This document shows positions 48,868 to 61,868 of a DNA stretch of 64,000 bases, piece by piece. The position numbers were made by a program, and so were the translations under genes. Below the pieces are notes generated by a model. That model was not told the DNA's origin. It did not search any database and saw only the letters and a program-made list of their open reading frames with translations. Numbering within the stretch: the stretch's first letter is position 1; the number at the start of each line of letters is the position of its first letter. Origin of the DNA: Candidatus Zestomicrobium tamdykulense (GTDB taxonomy: Archaea > Thermoproteota > Thermoprotei_A > Sulfolobales > NBVN01); NCBI GenBank assembly GCA_039889305.1, contig JAVVFV010000003.1:511-64510 (forward strand), given 5' to 3'.

Positions 48868-50198
48868 TGACCAAGATTATTGAGTTAGGGAGAGAAGTAG
48901 TTAATAAGTTGAGAGGAAACTACGATGATGTTGCTGTTGTTATAAAGGTTCATGATAGAGTTATGGTTAAGCTCTGGAATACTGAGCCATCAGTAGCTCA
49001 GAGTTGGTTAACTACGAATGTAGCTTTATTACTAACAAAAGCAAGAAAGGTTTTAATACTAGAATTCTCTGTTGGTAAGCCTGAGGAAGTTCTTAGGGCT
49101 GTTGAGAGAATCTCAAGCGTTGTTGAGAGGGTTGAGGAGTCAGAGCTTTACGCTCCCTTACCGGAGCCGCAGGAAGTGAAGCTGGTTGATGGTTCTTTTG
49201 ACACGAACGTAATTAACGCGATGAAAGACCCGAGCACATTGACTAAATTAATAGTTGATGCTGCTTTATCTGAAGGAGCTGAGAGAGTTGCGGGCACATT
49301 AGTTTTAAGTAGTGATGAGAGAACACTAATTACTAGTAAAGGGTTTGAGGGTAGTGAGAAGAAAACATTAATTGAGGCGTACCTAAGAGCATTTAAGAAC
49401 GAGTTTAGCGGTCACTGGGCTTATGGATCAACACACGTGAGAGAAGAAGAGATTAAGGAGATCGGCAGGAAGGCCGGTATGTATGCATCAATAACTAGTA
49501 ATAAGGTAGACCTACAACCAGGCAAATACAATGTAGTCCTCTCTCCACTCGTGGTCGGTAATCTAATGAATTACGTGTCTTTCATGTCGTCAGCACTAGC
49601 AGTATTAATGGGTTATTCAATGTTCATGAAATTCAAACCTGGAGATAAGGTAGCCTCAGAAAAACTCACGTTAATAGACGCACCGAGAGATCCCACCCTA
49701 CCCAACGTAGCGTCTTTCGATGATGAGGGAGTACCTACATACAATAAACCCATAATAGAGAAAGGAGTATTCCGTAACCTACTCCATAATTCAGGTACAG
49801 CAACCAAACTTGGAGTTAAATCAACAGGTAATGCTGGTTGGATAATGCCTAGTCCCTGGAACCTGCATATGGAGCCTGGAGACCTCAGGGAAGAAGAGTT
49901 AATTAGTGAGTTAAGAAATGGAGTAGTAATAACAAATAATTGGTATACCAGATTACAGAATTACGTTGAAGGAGTCTTCTCCACGGTTGCACGTGACGCG
50001 GCGTTACTAGTTAAAGACGGAGAGATAGTAGGTAATGTTGGTAGAGTAAGAATAGCAGCAAGCTTTCCAGAACTACTCAATAGTATTGAGGGATTAACCA
50101 GACAAACATACGATATCATGTGGTGGGAGGTCCGAACACCTATTAGAGCACCCTACGTGCTGGCGAGAAATGTTAACTTAACTAAACCTTACATATAA
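48864..50198 (+). CDS. pmbA: PmbA/TldE family protein (pair 2)
   Basis: FDDEG.PT, STGNAG and NNWYTR. No HExxxH. Overlaps tldD by 4 nt. Confidence 0.88.
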   Translation: MMTKIIELGREVVNKLRGNYDDVAVVIKVHDRVMVKLWNTEPSVAQSWLTTNVALLLTKARKVLILEFSVGKPEEVLRAVERISSVVERVEESELYAPLPEPQEVKLVDGSFDTNVINAMKDPSTLTKLIVDAALSEGAERVAGTLVLSSDERTLITSKGFEGSEKKTLIEAYLRAFKNEFSGHWAYGSTHVREEEIKEIGRKAGMYASITSNKVDLQPGKYNVVLSPLVVGNLMNYVSFMSSALAVLMGYSMFMKFKPGDKVASEKLTLIDAPRDPTLPNVASFDDEGVPTYNKPIIEKGVFRNLLHNSGTATKLGVKSTGNAGWIMPSPWNLHMEPGDLREEELISELRNGVVITNNWYTRLQNYVEGVFSTVARDAALLVKDGEIVGNVGRVRIAASFPELLNSIEGLTRQTYDIMWWEVRTPIRAPYVLARNVNLTKPYI

Positions 50199-50204
50199 TT
50201 TTTC

Positions 50205-51275
50205 TCAGAACTCGGTTGCTCCATACTCACCCGAGAATTCATCACCTACTTCCTCAGTTTTCCAAGCTTCAGGACATCCCTTACCATATCTTATTACAGG
50301 ACCTGCAAGCCTCGTTAGTAACGCGACTCTCGACGGCACAGAATACGACGCTACTTTATAGCTCGTCTCAGCAGCTAGTCTCTCTGCGAAGTCTAAGACC
50401 TCACTCATCGAGGGCATGTTATCCCTGCCTAACCTCTCGGTAGAGCCGCCAACATGCATGTAAGCTTTCGGTTCTACGTAGGTTGGTGATGCTTTATCTA
50501 TTAGCTTAGCGAAACCTCTGACATCTTTTTCACTCATGTTAAATCCTTTAATTAACGTTATTCTTAGGACCGTAGGTGATGAGAAAGACGGCAACATCTC
50601 TAAGGTCTCTAAAGTCTTCTCCCAACCCCTACTCACTAGAGGTCTATCAAAGAAATCATACATTTCTTTATTCCAGGCTTCTAAAGACACGTATAGTTGG
50701 GTAGGTTCCTCCTCAAGTGATGCTAGAACTTCAGGTCTTATACCCCTAGTCACTAAAAACGTAGTTAGCCCCTTACCATGAAACACCTTAATTAACTCAC
50801 CTAATCTGGGATACAGTGTGGGCTCACCAGTAAGTGAGATAGCTACGTGTACAGGGTTCATCGCTTCTTCCCACATCTTTTTAGGGGCTATGTTTCTGTA
50901 ACCACTGACTGTTCTTCGATGCTCTTCTATAGCTAAATCAGCTATTACTTCAGGATCATCTACACTAGGTAGCCTCATTAAGTCTTCATCCCTTAACCCG
51001 AGATCTTGCGGTCTCACTCTCCAGCAGTGGAGGCACGCGTTCCAGCACCAGAGAGTAGCTGGGGTGAACTGTATACACCTGTGTGATTCAATTCCGTAAA
51101 ACTTACACTTATAACAAAACCTACCCTGAGTTAAGGCGTTATGAACCCACAAACACTTCTTAACAGCTGAGTGAGAACCTACTAAGTGGTATTTCTGTTT
51201 TTTCAGTCTACTCATAACTAGGGTGAGAGGCTCTACTTTCTCAGCATCGAGAGGTAGTCTTACGGTTCTCCTTAT
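50205..51275 (-). CDS. taw1: 4-demethylwyosine synthase Taw1 (TYW1), radical SAM
   Basis: HSAVKKCLW, CYKCKFYGIESHRC, CWNACLHCWR, AISLTGEP and EPKAYM. The frame is open upstream of the track ATG (51215) to an ATA at 51275 behind GGTGA. Confidence 0.92.
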   Translation of the reverse strand: MRRTVRLPLDAEKVEPLTLVMSRLKKQKYHLVGSHSAVKKCLWVHNALTQGRFCYKCKFYGIESHRCIQFTPATLWCWNACLHCWRVRPQDLGLRDEDLMRLPSVDDPEVIADLAIEEHRRTVSGYRNIAPKKMWEEAMNPVHVAISLTGEPTLYPRLGELIKVFHGKGLTTFLVTRGIRPEVLASLEEEPTQLYVSLEAWNKEMYDFFDRPLVSRGWEKTLETLEMLPSFSSPTVLRITLIKGFNMSEKDVRGFAKLIDKASPTYVEPKAYMHVGGSTERLGRDNMPSMSEVLDFAERLAAETSYKVASYSVPSRVALLTRLAGPVIRYGKGCPEAWKTEEVGDEFSGEYGATEF

Positions 51276-51321
51276 TACTACTCACCAAAAACTTTGTGAC
51301 TAAGTAACTAATATTTTGTTT

Positions 51322-53542
<2,221 letters not shown>

Positions 53543-53652
53543 TAATAAATATTCTATTTCAGCACGCGTAACGATTTCTGTAAATTAACATGATTAAATT
53601 AATTAGAATATACGAGATACTACCACCTCTTAACAAAACCTAGTAAATATTT

Positions 53653-55077
53653 CTAGAAGCTCTGGAGAATAGCTCTACCAGCAATAACTCCTGTAGCCGC
53701 AGCTATGTTTAAGCCTCTTGAGAGTCCCGCGCCATCACCAGCTACGAAAATGCCTTCAGCGCTGGTCTGTAAGTTCTTGTTGGTCTTGACTCTTAAACTG
53801 TAGTACTTAATCTCTGGCGCGTAAAGTATTGTTTGTGGTGAGTAAAGTCCTGGATAGATGATGTTTAGTCTTTCGATAGCTTCAAGTAAGTTAATTACGA
53901 CTCTATAGGGGAGAACAACTCCTATGTCTCCAGGCACTACGTTCTTTAGAGTAGGTGTTACAATACTCTTTTCTATTCTTTCCCAAGTACTCCTCCTGCC
54001 TTTTTCTAAGTCACCTAACCTCTGAATTATTGGCTTGCCTACACCTACTCGGGTAGCTATCTTAGCTATAGACTTACCTAGTTCTGTGGCATCAGAATAA
54101 GGATCAGTGAGTTTTAACGTGACTAGCAAGGCGAAGTTAGTATTTCTGGATTTTAGGTTCCTATAACTAACTCCGTTAACTCCAATAGTACCGTCTTCAT
54201 ATTTTTCCTGCACTACAAACCCTTGTGGGTTAGTGCAGAAAGTTCTGACTTTATCGTCATAGAATTTCGTGTAGAGTATTATTTTGGGATCTGGATTTAT
54301 GGTTGTGACGTCTTCTGTCACGTATGACGGAACCTCTACTCTAACACCAACGTCTAGAGGTCCTGGTTCATACTCTATGTTCAAGCTCTTAAGTATTCCC
54401 TGAAACCACGTGGTTCCTCCCCTACCTGGTGCTAGGAGAATCCTGCTTGTCGTGAACTCTCCTCGACTAGTACTTAACTTAAAGCCGTTACCACACCTCA
54501 TTATATCAATAACACTAGTTTCTGTAAGTATTCGTACACCCTTCTTTTCTAGGTATGTACTCAAGTTATCAATAACCTTAATCATTATGTCGGTCCCCAC
54601 GATTCTCTGAGGTGTTGGTATGTACTTAGCACCAGCCTTAGCAGCGAGTCTCTCAAGAAAAGTTATTTTTTCTTTGTCCGGCACGTAGAGGGTGTCTTCC
54701 GGCATACCGAAAGACATGAATACTTTGTCAACATACTTCACTAGTTCTTCAGCATAGTTCCAGTCATTAACTAGCTTGTCTAAATCTCCCCCCACATCAG
54801 GTCTTAAGTTAAGTGTTCCGCTACTTAACGCGCCAGCACCCCCTATCCCGTAGGTCACGTTACATACTTTGCAGTTAAGGCATTCTGCTCTATTGTTTGA
54901 TACGTGTGAGTTCCAGTTATTTGTTTTAATAGCTAGCGGGCATGTCCTATCAGTTACTTTCTTCCCTTTATCGAAAATCACTATTCTCAAATTACTTTCT
55001 GCATTATTCACTATTTCTAGGGCGGCCATGAGTCCTGCAGGTCCTCCACCAACTATCGCTACGTCGAAGTTTCTCAT
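53653..55077 (-). CDS. Uncharacterised FAD-dependent oxidoreductase (COG2509)
   Basis: IVGGGPAG, a Cys cluster CP...CxxCxxC, GGAG..S.G.L, GVRVE, VRTFC.NP.G.V, NFALL, YAPEIKYY and GDGAG.SRG. Confidence 0.85.
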   Translation of the reverse strand: MRNFDVAIVGGGPAGLMAALEIVNNAESNLRIVIFDKGKKVTDRTCPLAIKTNNWNSHVSNNRAECLNCKVCNVTYGIGGAGALSSGTLNLRPDVGGDLDKLVNDWNYAEELVKYVDKVFMSFGMPEDTLYVPDKEKITFLERLAAKAGAKYIPTPQRIVGTDIMIKVIDNLSTYLEKKGVRILTETSVIDIMRCGNGFKLSTSRGEFTTSRILLAPGRGGTTWFQGILKSLNIEYEPGPLDVGVRVEVPSYVTEDVTTINPDPKIILYTKFYDDKVRTFCTNPQGFVVQEKYEDGTIGVNGVSYRNLKSRNTNFALLVTLKLTDPYSDATELGKSIAKIATRVGVGKPIIQRLGDLEKGRRSTWERIEKSIVTPTLKNVVPGDIGVVLPYRVVINLLEAIERLNIIYPGLYSPQTILYAPEIKYYSLRVKTNKNLQTSAEGIFVAGDGAGLSRGLNIAAATGVIAGRAILQSF

Positions 55078-56090
55078 CGCATAACACCTAAATCTTTTCT
55101 CCTATCTATCATGTGAGTAACGTCATCTCCAGTACCTATGAGTGTTACCGGTGTCCTCAACAAGTCCTCTAAATCTTCCACCCACTTCCTGGCTTCAGGA
55201 GGTAACTTACCCCATTCCTTAACTCTAGCTGATGTCGGAAAGGTTTTGTCGAGGCACGTGAGCGCTACTTGAGTAGCTGAATTAAGCATTACTGCTCTCT
55301 TAGCTAGGTAGTAATCAAAAGGAGCAGCCCTCCTTATCCTACCCGTAACGGAAGCTTTCTCTATCCAACCCCTATTAATGACTTCATCAATAGATAGCTC
55401 ACCAGGTAGAGGACCGCCCCCAACTCTAGTAACGTAAGACTTGAAAACTATGATTACTTCATCAACGTACTTAGGTCCTAAACCAACTTCTGATAAAATG
55501 CCTGAGGCGGTAGTGTCTCTGCTGGTTACGTAGGGGTATGTACCGTGATATAGTGATAAGTAAGTGCCTTGAGTTCCCTCAATCAAGATATTATCCCCTG
55601 AATCAATAATTCTCCATATCTCATCAACTAAGTCTACCAGGTACGTCCTTAACTCAGGAAAATCTTGAGCAAGTTTTAGTTTACGCATTACTCTGTCAAC
55701 CATAGCAGCTCCAACACCCTGAAGAGTAGAGCCTATAGAATTCCTAAGATACTCATCTCTTGCTTCAGTCTCTACATGTTTATCTTCTATGATTCCAGCA
55801 TTCTTATCAACGAAAACCCTCCCAGCAACACCTAATGTAGTAACTTCCCTGAAGAACACGTCAAGCCTGACTAAAGACCCTGCAGCAATATAAAGCTTAC
55901 AACTACCGTTAACAAACGCGGAAGGAATTATCCTTAACTTGAACTCCTTACCACCCCAAAATACTGTGTGACCCGCATTAACAGAACCAACTCTCACAGC
56001 CGCACTTATTTCGTCGTTAAGAGCTAAGTAAGCAACTACCTTGCCCTTACCTTCATCACCAAAGAACCCTCCGACAACAACACTTAACAT
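55074..56090 (-). CDS. purA: Adenylosuccinate synthetase (short archaeal form)
   Basis: GGFFGDEGKGK, NAGHT, IGSTLQG.G, EGTQG..LSLYHGTYPYVTS and VTGR.RR. Confidence 0.96.
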   Translation of the reverse strand: MLSVVVGGFFGDEGKGKVVAYLALNDEISAAVRVGSVNAGHTVFWGGKEFKLRIIPSAFVNGSCKLYIAAGSLVRLDVFFREVTTLGVAGRVFVDKNAGIIEDKHVETEARDEYLRNSIGSTLQGVGAAMVDRVMRKLKLAQDFPELRTYLVDLVDEIWRIIDSGDNILIEGTQGTYLSLYHGTYPYVTSRDTTASGILSEVGLGPKYVDEVIIVFKSYVTRVGGGPLPGELSIDEVINRGWIEKASVTGRIRRAAPFDYYLAKRAVMLNSATQVALTCLDKTFPTSARVKEWGKLPPEARKWVEDLEDLLRTPVTLIGTGDDVTHMIDRRKDLGVMR

Positions 56091-56260
56091 CTTATTCCCT
56101 GAATTAATTTATATCAGTCAATATAAATATTATTGTCAATCACGCTAAGACTACTTAAAAAATTTCAATAAATAATATAAAAATAAAACTACCACTAAGA
56201 AAACTATTCTCGCTGTTAAGTTAAAAACCCATACCATACTAAAGTTTAGGATAGTCAGTA

Positions 56261-57997
56261 ATGAATGTCGAGCGAATAACTAGAAGGTACTACAAACGTT
56301 TGAGTCTACTACCTCGGAGGAGATTTCTAGTAGTCATATATGTATTCTTGGTTTCTCTGATAGGCATTATTAACTCGGAAAGCTTCGTAGTAAGAGATAT
56401 ACTTGCTTCTATAGGTACTTACTTCCTTTTAGGTGTTATACTGACTCTTATGTACCTACCTCTAATGCTTACTAAATTATTCAATACTAAGAGGGTTCTC
56501 GGACTCTCCCTAGTCACTTTCGCCATGTCCTTCATTGCAGAACTAATCTTTTATAGACTTACCGGTCTTAAAGGATTAGGTCTGGTAGTTACTTCAGGCT
56601 TCATACTTGTAGTTTTATCTGCTTTCACCACGGTACGTCAGGCTTTAGCAATCTCTCTTACAATACCGGTCTTGACATTCATTTTGTTTAATATTATTCT
56701 ACTTGGGTACGTACTAAGTCAAACACAATTAATCAATGTTTTAATAATCGCACTAATCTCCGTAGTTTTAGGGGTTCTGCTTATTCGTTATATTGACAGT
56801 ATGGGTAGGCAGTTAAGTGGTGTCTCACCTATAGTAGCCTTAAGAGCTTTCCTTAACACGTGGTTTACTGGCGAGCCTAAAAGTCTTGAAGCACTCTTTA
56901 CTCATATAGGATCTCAAGAAAGCATAGAAATCAAGACTATAATTATTAAACGTGAGTCAAAACCTGGCATAATATTGGTGTTTCCGCGAATTCATTTCGG
57001 ACCATTCAATAACATAGGTTCTTCCAGCTTCATACATTACGTTGATAGCTTCTCAGAACCTGAGTTCAGAACATTCACCTTCCATACGGCGGGATCACAC
57101 GAACATAATCTAGTCAGCAGTAAAGACGCTGAAAGAATCGCTCGCGAGATACTCACTAAAGTGAGAAGTTCTTTAGATTCCTCATTTGAAGAACGCGTGT
57201 GCGAACCCTACAGGATCAGATTAGGTGACGGCTGGGAAGCTCTCACTCTTCAGGGCAGAGACTTCATAGCACCACTAATACTAAACAAGTTATTAGGTAA
57301 TGACGACATACCGTACGACGCGTGGGATTACTTAAGCAAACACCCTAAAACTCCTCCAAACACTATGATAGTTGACACACACTCCTGCAAAGGAAACAAA
57401 ATCAGAGAACTCAATAAACTTAAAAACCTGCTAGATAAGGTAGCTGAAGCTTACGAGTGCCTAGAACCTAGCGATTTTTCAGTAGGTTATGGAGAAACCA
57501 AGGTTCCTAACGCTTGCGTAGAATTATGCGACACTAGAATAAAGACATTAACTATACGAGTAAAGAATAAGAGGTATGGAATTATTTATCTCTACGGAAA
57601 TAATGTTGATAAGGAATTTCGAGCCAAGCTAGATAGCATAATTAAAGAAAAAGCAGACCTAACAGATTTTGAGGTAGTAACACCGGACGATCATTCATGC
57701 GCAGCCTCATTAAAAGAGTCTCCGTACGAGGTAGTTAGAGAGTGTGATGGACTTACTGAAGCAATACTAAACTCGCTTAATGAGGCATTAGAAGATGAAG
57801 CGCCTGCTTCTTACAAGATAGTGAGTCTCAAACTAGATAACGAGAGAGTAGTAGGAGATAAGGTCTTCACGTTAATTGAGAGTCTTCATGTGCTTGCTAA
57901 AAAGACAGAAGCAGGTTTACTTCTAATCTTTACAGTCATCAACACTTTATTGCCTTTAGTATACGTAATCTTATCATCATATTCTGCTCAGTTTTGA
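56261..57997 (+). CDS. DUF2070 (COG3356) membrane protein
   Basis: N-terminal TM block, then P.IHFGPF..IGSS, H...SHE.N, VDTHS and TPDDH motifs. Confidence 0.82.
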   Translation: MNVERITRRYYKRLSLLPRRRFLVVIYVFLVSLIGIINSESFVVRDILASIGTYFLLGVILTLMYLPLMLTKLFNTKRVLGLSLVTFAMSFIAELIFYRLTGLKGLGLVVTSGFILVVLSAFTTVRQALAISLTIPVLTFILFNIILLGYVLSQTQLINVLIIALISVVLGVLLIRYIDSMGRQLSGVSPIVALRAFLNTWFTGEPKSLEALFTHIGSQESIEIKTIIIKRESKPGIILVFPRIHFGPFNNIGSSSFIHYVDSFSEPEFRTFTFHTAGSHEHNLVSSKDAERIAREILTKVRSSLDSSFEERVCEPYRIRLGDGWEALTLQGRDFIAPLILNKLLGNDDIPYDAWDYLSKHPKTPPNTMIVDTHSCKGNKIRELNKLKNLLDKVAEAYECLEPSDFSVGYGETKVPNACVELCDTRIKTLTIRVKNKRYGIIYLYGNNVDKEFRAKLDSIIKEKADLTDFEVVTPDDHSCAASLKESPYEVVRECDGLTEAILNSLNEALEDEAPASYKIVSLKLDNERVVGDKVFTLIESLHVLAKKTEAGLLLIFTVINTLLPLVYVILSSYSAQF

Positions 57998-58026
57998 TTT
58001 TCTCAGAAAGTCGTGACGCGCTTTGA

Positions 58027-58773
58027 TCAGGTTTCTAAAGTAATATCTCTTCTTCTGACTATTTTGTCTGGGTATATTATTATTCCCTTATCTGATATTT
58101 CGAAGAGATGTCTTCTCATGTCATGCTTAGTTCCTCGCATCTTCCATATCAGTATTGATCTAGTTAAAACACCATCTAGCTCATCTAGATCTAGCCTTAT
58201 TATCCCATCAACCGCGTGCTCAACTCCCGGACCTCCAAACCCTCTATCTGTGACGCTCACCTGAGATACTAGGAAAGTCGTTACGCCAAGCCCTGAGAGA
58301 ACTCTCTTCAGTTGGATTAACACACTCCTAGCTATAGAAGGCTTAGTTAGGTATAGTGTTGAGACGGAATCTACTGCAGCTCTCTGAGCTTTCGTATCTC
58401 TCAACGCCTGCCTAACTACGTCCAGGAACTCACCTAGGTCATCAACACTCTTAACCACGTATTTTTCCCTCTTAGCTGCCTCACCTACCCCGCCCGTAAA
58501 AGCATCTACTATAGCGAAAAGTCCTTCATCCTCATACTTTCTCACATCCCAACCAAACTCACTCATTTCTCTCCTAACTTGAACAGGGTGTTCCTCCAAA
58601 GTCACTAGAACTCCGGGTTCGCTGTAAGTCAGTCCAGAATAAAGGAATTGATGACTCATGATGGTCTTCCCAGTTCCTGGGCCTCCTGAAATCAAGACTA
58701 TATTTCTTTTCGGGATTCCTCCAAAAAGTAACTCATCTAGACCTGGAATACCACTCTTTATTTTTTCAACCAT
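58027..58773 (-). CDS. KaiC-like single-domain RecA-superfamily ATPase
   Basis: [12 protein letters not shown], Walker [31 protein letters not shown] and KMRGT.H. Confidence 0.92.
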   Translation of the reverse strand: MVEKIKSGIPGLDELLFGGIPKRNIVLISGGPGTGKTIMSHQFLYSGLTYSEPGVLVTLEEHPVQVRREMSEFGWDVRKYEDEGLFAIVDAFTGGVGEAAKREKYVVKSVDDLGEFLDVVRQALRDTKAQRAAVDSVSTLYLTKPSIARSVLIQLKRVLSGLGVTTFLVSQVSVTDRGFGGPGVEHAVDGIIRLDLDELDGVLTRSILIWKMRGTKHDMRRHLFEISDKGIIIYPDKIVRRRDITLET

Positions 58774-58854
58774 ATTTATTCCCTAACATAAATATTGTTG
58801 AATATTTATTTGTTATTAGAAATATGTTGTGTAATAATCAATCAATAACATAAT

Positions 58855-60234
58855 TTACTTTATTATTGGTTTCGCCCAATCTCCAAACCTTATCCAGGCA
58901 ACACTCCCTAGTCCGCCTACTACATTGCTTAAGGCCATGGCGAGCCATATCCCGTAAGACTGCAAACCAATCATGTAAGCGAGGAGGTAACCCAAACCTA
59001 TTCTAAATCCCCACAACCTAATCACACCTAGGATTGTAGGTATGGTTGTGTGGCCCGATCCTCTCCCCACAGACATACCTACGAAGAACATAGTGAAGAA
59101 CGGTAAGCTAAAAATGAAAGTCTCAAGAAATATTAAAGCTTCATTAAAGATCACTGTATCAGACGTGAATACGGAGATTAGCTGACTCCTCACCAGGAAA
59201 ACTAATAAAGCGCCGAGAGCCGTAAGTGAAGCTATCGTCAGTAGTGATTTGTAAGCTACCTCACGAGACCTCCTAATATTGCCAGCACCTAAATTCTGCC
59301 CAACCATTATAGCTACCGGCATAGTCAGTCCCCACATGATAGCGTCAGCAATATCCATTACTATAAACCCTATAGCGAAAGCAGCTGCTACTATTACGCC
59401 AAACGAATTTATGAGAGCGTTCTGGAGCATGAAAGCCAAGCTATTAGAAGCATGAAACACAAACACAGGACCCCCTATACGAATATTCCTTAACACCCAC
59501 AATTTATCAATATTCTTTGTAGGGAGTACCTTCAACTCAGGAAACCTACGCTTAGTCAAGTAAATTAGCGCGACCACACCACCAAGTCTTGATATTACTG
59601 TAGCGAGAGCAGCGCCAGCCACCCCCATCCTAGGGAAGGGAGGTATACCGAGTATTAGGAAAGGATCCCAAACAATGTTTAGTAGGGCTGAGAAACCCCC
59701 TACTACTGCCGGGGTTCTAGTATCTCCTACGGACTGAAGTATTGTTGAGTAAGTTATTAAGAGACCGGAAAGCATTAAATCAACTGATATTATACCTGAG
59801 TAACTCATCACCTCATCAAATATTTCTGGCGGGGTCCTAATAACGTAGTAAAACAGTAGATGCCTCAGCGAGAAATATGTTAAGCCGAAAGCAAAACTAG
59901 TTATTAAAGCTACAGTAAAAAACTTGGAAGCAACATTGCTAGCTTCCTCATACCTTCTAGCACCCACGTACTGGGAAAGGAGCGCCATATTAGCTGTTGA
60001 GATAGCCATGTTGAAAGCATTAAAAAACATGTAGGGAGGCCACGCCTGCCTAGGTACTGCCATAGCAACATTATTATATCTGCTTAACCAGAACGCGTCA
60101 GCTACGTTGTAAGACACATTAACTAACTGAACCAGCATAAGCGGAAATCCTAACCATAGTAGAGTCTTAATTATGGATCCATTAATTATCTCGTTCCTGT
60201 ACCTGTCTATGACCGCCACCGTATGGCGAACCAA
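58855..60234 (-). CDS. MATE family efflux transporter
   Basis: SQYVGA, GDTRTP, NIVWDPFLI.G...MGVAGAALAT and VGQNLGAG. Confidence 0.93.
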   Translation of the reverse strand: MVRHTVAVIDRYRNEIINGSIIKTLLWLGFPLMLVQLVNVSYNVADAFWLSRYNNVAMAVPRQAWPPYMFFNAFNMAISTANMALLSQYVGARRYEEASNVASKFFTVALITSFAFGLTYFSLRHLLFYYVIRTPPEIFDEVMSYSGIISVDLMLSGLLITYSTILQSVGDTRTPAVVGGFSALLNIVWDPFLILGIPPFPRMGVAGAALATVISRLGGVVALIYLTKRRFPELKVLPTKNIDKLWVLRNIRIGGPVFVFHASNSLAFMLQNALINSFGVIVAAAFAIGFIVMDIADAIMWGLTMPVAIMVGQNLGAGNIRRSREVAYKSLLTIASLTALGALLVFLVRSQLISVFTSDTVIFNEALIFLETFIFSLPFFTMFFVGMSVGRGSGHTTIPTILGVIRLWGFRIGLGYLLAYMIGLQSYGIWLAMALSNVVGGLGSVAWIRFGDWAKPIIK

Positions 60235-60366
60235 TCACAACACCTATTACCTGCGATACTACTATATTCTTTAGAAATATAGTTATAAGCTTATAAGCAA
60301 GAATCATTGAGGATATCTTACCATAAATACTTAGTTTCAGATTATTTAATGTAGAGAGGTGCTAGT

Positions 60367-60783
60367 GTGGTTAGAAGAAAAAGAACGCAAGTACTCAGGT
60401 ATTTGATTCTGGCAGTCTTAGCTACTAACCCACAACTTCATGGTTACGGTATCTACAAGAGAATAGTATATGTCACACAAGCTGTGTGGAAGCCCTCCAT
60501 CGGGACTCTCTACAGAACATTAAATGAAATGGTTAATGAAGGTCTTGTTAAGAAGAAGAGTAGCGGTTATAGGAGATTAGAGTACGAAATAACTAGTACA
60601 GGTCTCGAGATCTTTATTAAGGAAACACTACCACACGCCACAAAATCTGCAGGAATACTCACAGAGTTTCTGGAAGCTTACAAAGAAATACGTAAGAGAG
60701 GGAACCTTCCTAAAATACCTGACGAGCTAGTAGAGAGACTACACCGCCTACATAAAGCGTTAGAAGAATTAACGAGTAGTTAG
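60367..60783 (+). CDS. PadR family transcriptional regulator, divergent from the MATE gene
   Basis: ILAVL...LHGYGI, PSIGTLY..L....GLV and Y.IT..G. Confidence 0.88.
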   Translation: MVRRKRTQVLRYLILAVLATNPQLHGYGIYKRIVYVTQAVWKPSIGTLYRTLNEMVNEGLVKKKSSGYRRLEYEITSTGLEIFIKETLPHATKSAGILTEFLEAYKEIRKRGNLPKIPDELVERLHRLHKALEELTSS

Positions 60784-60813
60784 CTATCAAAAATTAAGGT
60801 AAGATTTAAGAAA

Positions 60814-61785
60814 TTAAAGCTCTAGCTCAATACCCATACCCTTACTTTTAGCGAGTCTATAAGCTAGTGCTGCAGCAGCCGCGTCCTGTATAGCTAGACC
60901 CACGCTCTTAAATAGTGTTAACTCATCGCTTTCTCTACCTTTCCTGAACCCAGCAGAAACTTCTCCTAGCTCAGCTATATCTTCCTGCTTAATTAAGCCC
61001 TTCTCAAGCGGTATTCTTATATCGCCTGTCTCGTCAAGCACTGCTCTCCTAGAATCAACCACTATTTTACTAAACTTAATTATTGCCTCATCATTTAAGG
61101 CTCTATAGTCTTTAGCGTGAGCACCTATGCTTATCACGTGCTGGTCTCTACTCAACCACTTACCTAGAATCACGGGTTCCTTAGTAGTTGATGCTTCTAT
61201 CACTATCTTAGACTTCTTAACTAAATCTTCGTTTGACGCAGCCTCAATAACTCTGAAGCCCGCGCTCTCCGCCCAAGCTCTAAACGATTTCATTTGATCA
61301 GACCTTATATCGTATATCACGACCTCATCAGTCTTATACACGGAAGATACGAACCTTAACTGATACCTTGCTTGATAGCCAGTCCCTATAATGCCTATAG
61401 GACCTATATCTCTGGGAGCTAAGTACTTAGCTGATACAGCGCTGGCAGCTCCGGTCCTCAGAGCTGTCAAGATACCGCCCTCCATAACCGCGAGAGGAGA
61501 GCCGTTCAATCCATCAAACAAAGTTACTAAGGCTTGAATAGTTGGGAGACCTCTGCTAGGATTCTGCGGTATTAAGCTAACCACCTTCACACCAACTCCG
61601 CAATTAGGCACGTAAGACTGCATAATACCCCACCAATTACCCTCAACCCACATAACGGTCCTCGGCGGTGTCACGGTCTCGTTCCTGGAATACTTGATGA
61701 ATACATTCTCAATCTCAGGTATTAAAACCTCAGGCTTTAATAACTCTTCTAATTCTTTACTTCTGAGAATAAGGATCTTGGACAC
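60814..61785 (-). CDS. Ornithine cyclodeaminase / mu-crystallin family enzyme (archaeal alanine dehydrogenase-like)
   Basis: GVKVVS..P.N, LTALRTGAAS, IIGTG.QA, HV..IGA and FKSVGLAIQD. Confidence 0.9.
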   Translation of the reverse strand: MSKILILRSKELEELLKPEVLIPEIENVFIKYSRNETVTPPRTVMWVEGNWWGIMQSYVPNCGVGVKVVSLIPQNPSRGLPTIQALVTLFDGLNGSPLAVMEGGILTALRTGAASAVSAKYLAPRDIGPIGIIGTGYQARYQLRFVSSVYKTDEVVIYDIRSDQMKSFRAWAESAGFRVIEAASNEDLVKKSKIVIEASTTKEPVILGKWLSRDQHVISIGAHAKDYRALNDEAIIKFSKIVVDSRRAVLDETGDIRIPLEKGLIKQEDIAELGEVSAGFRKGRESDELTLFKSVGLAIQDAAAAALAYRLAKSKGMGIELEL

Positions 61786-61868
61786 TCTATTAAATCCCTC
61801 TAAATTAACTTAACTTAGAATTATTTAAACCTCAATTACTTCTTAGCTGTTGCTTTACCTAGTTAATA

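Noticed and set aside
47425-50198. TldD/PmbA and radical SAM genes as a RiPP biosynthetic cluster
   Set aside because: No precursor peptide, YcaO or SPASM partner was seen, and two TldDE pairs are usual in such archaea.
58027-58773. KaiC as evidence of a circadian clock
   Set aside because: Single-domain archaeal KaiC-like ATPases are common, and there is no kaiA or kaiB here.
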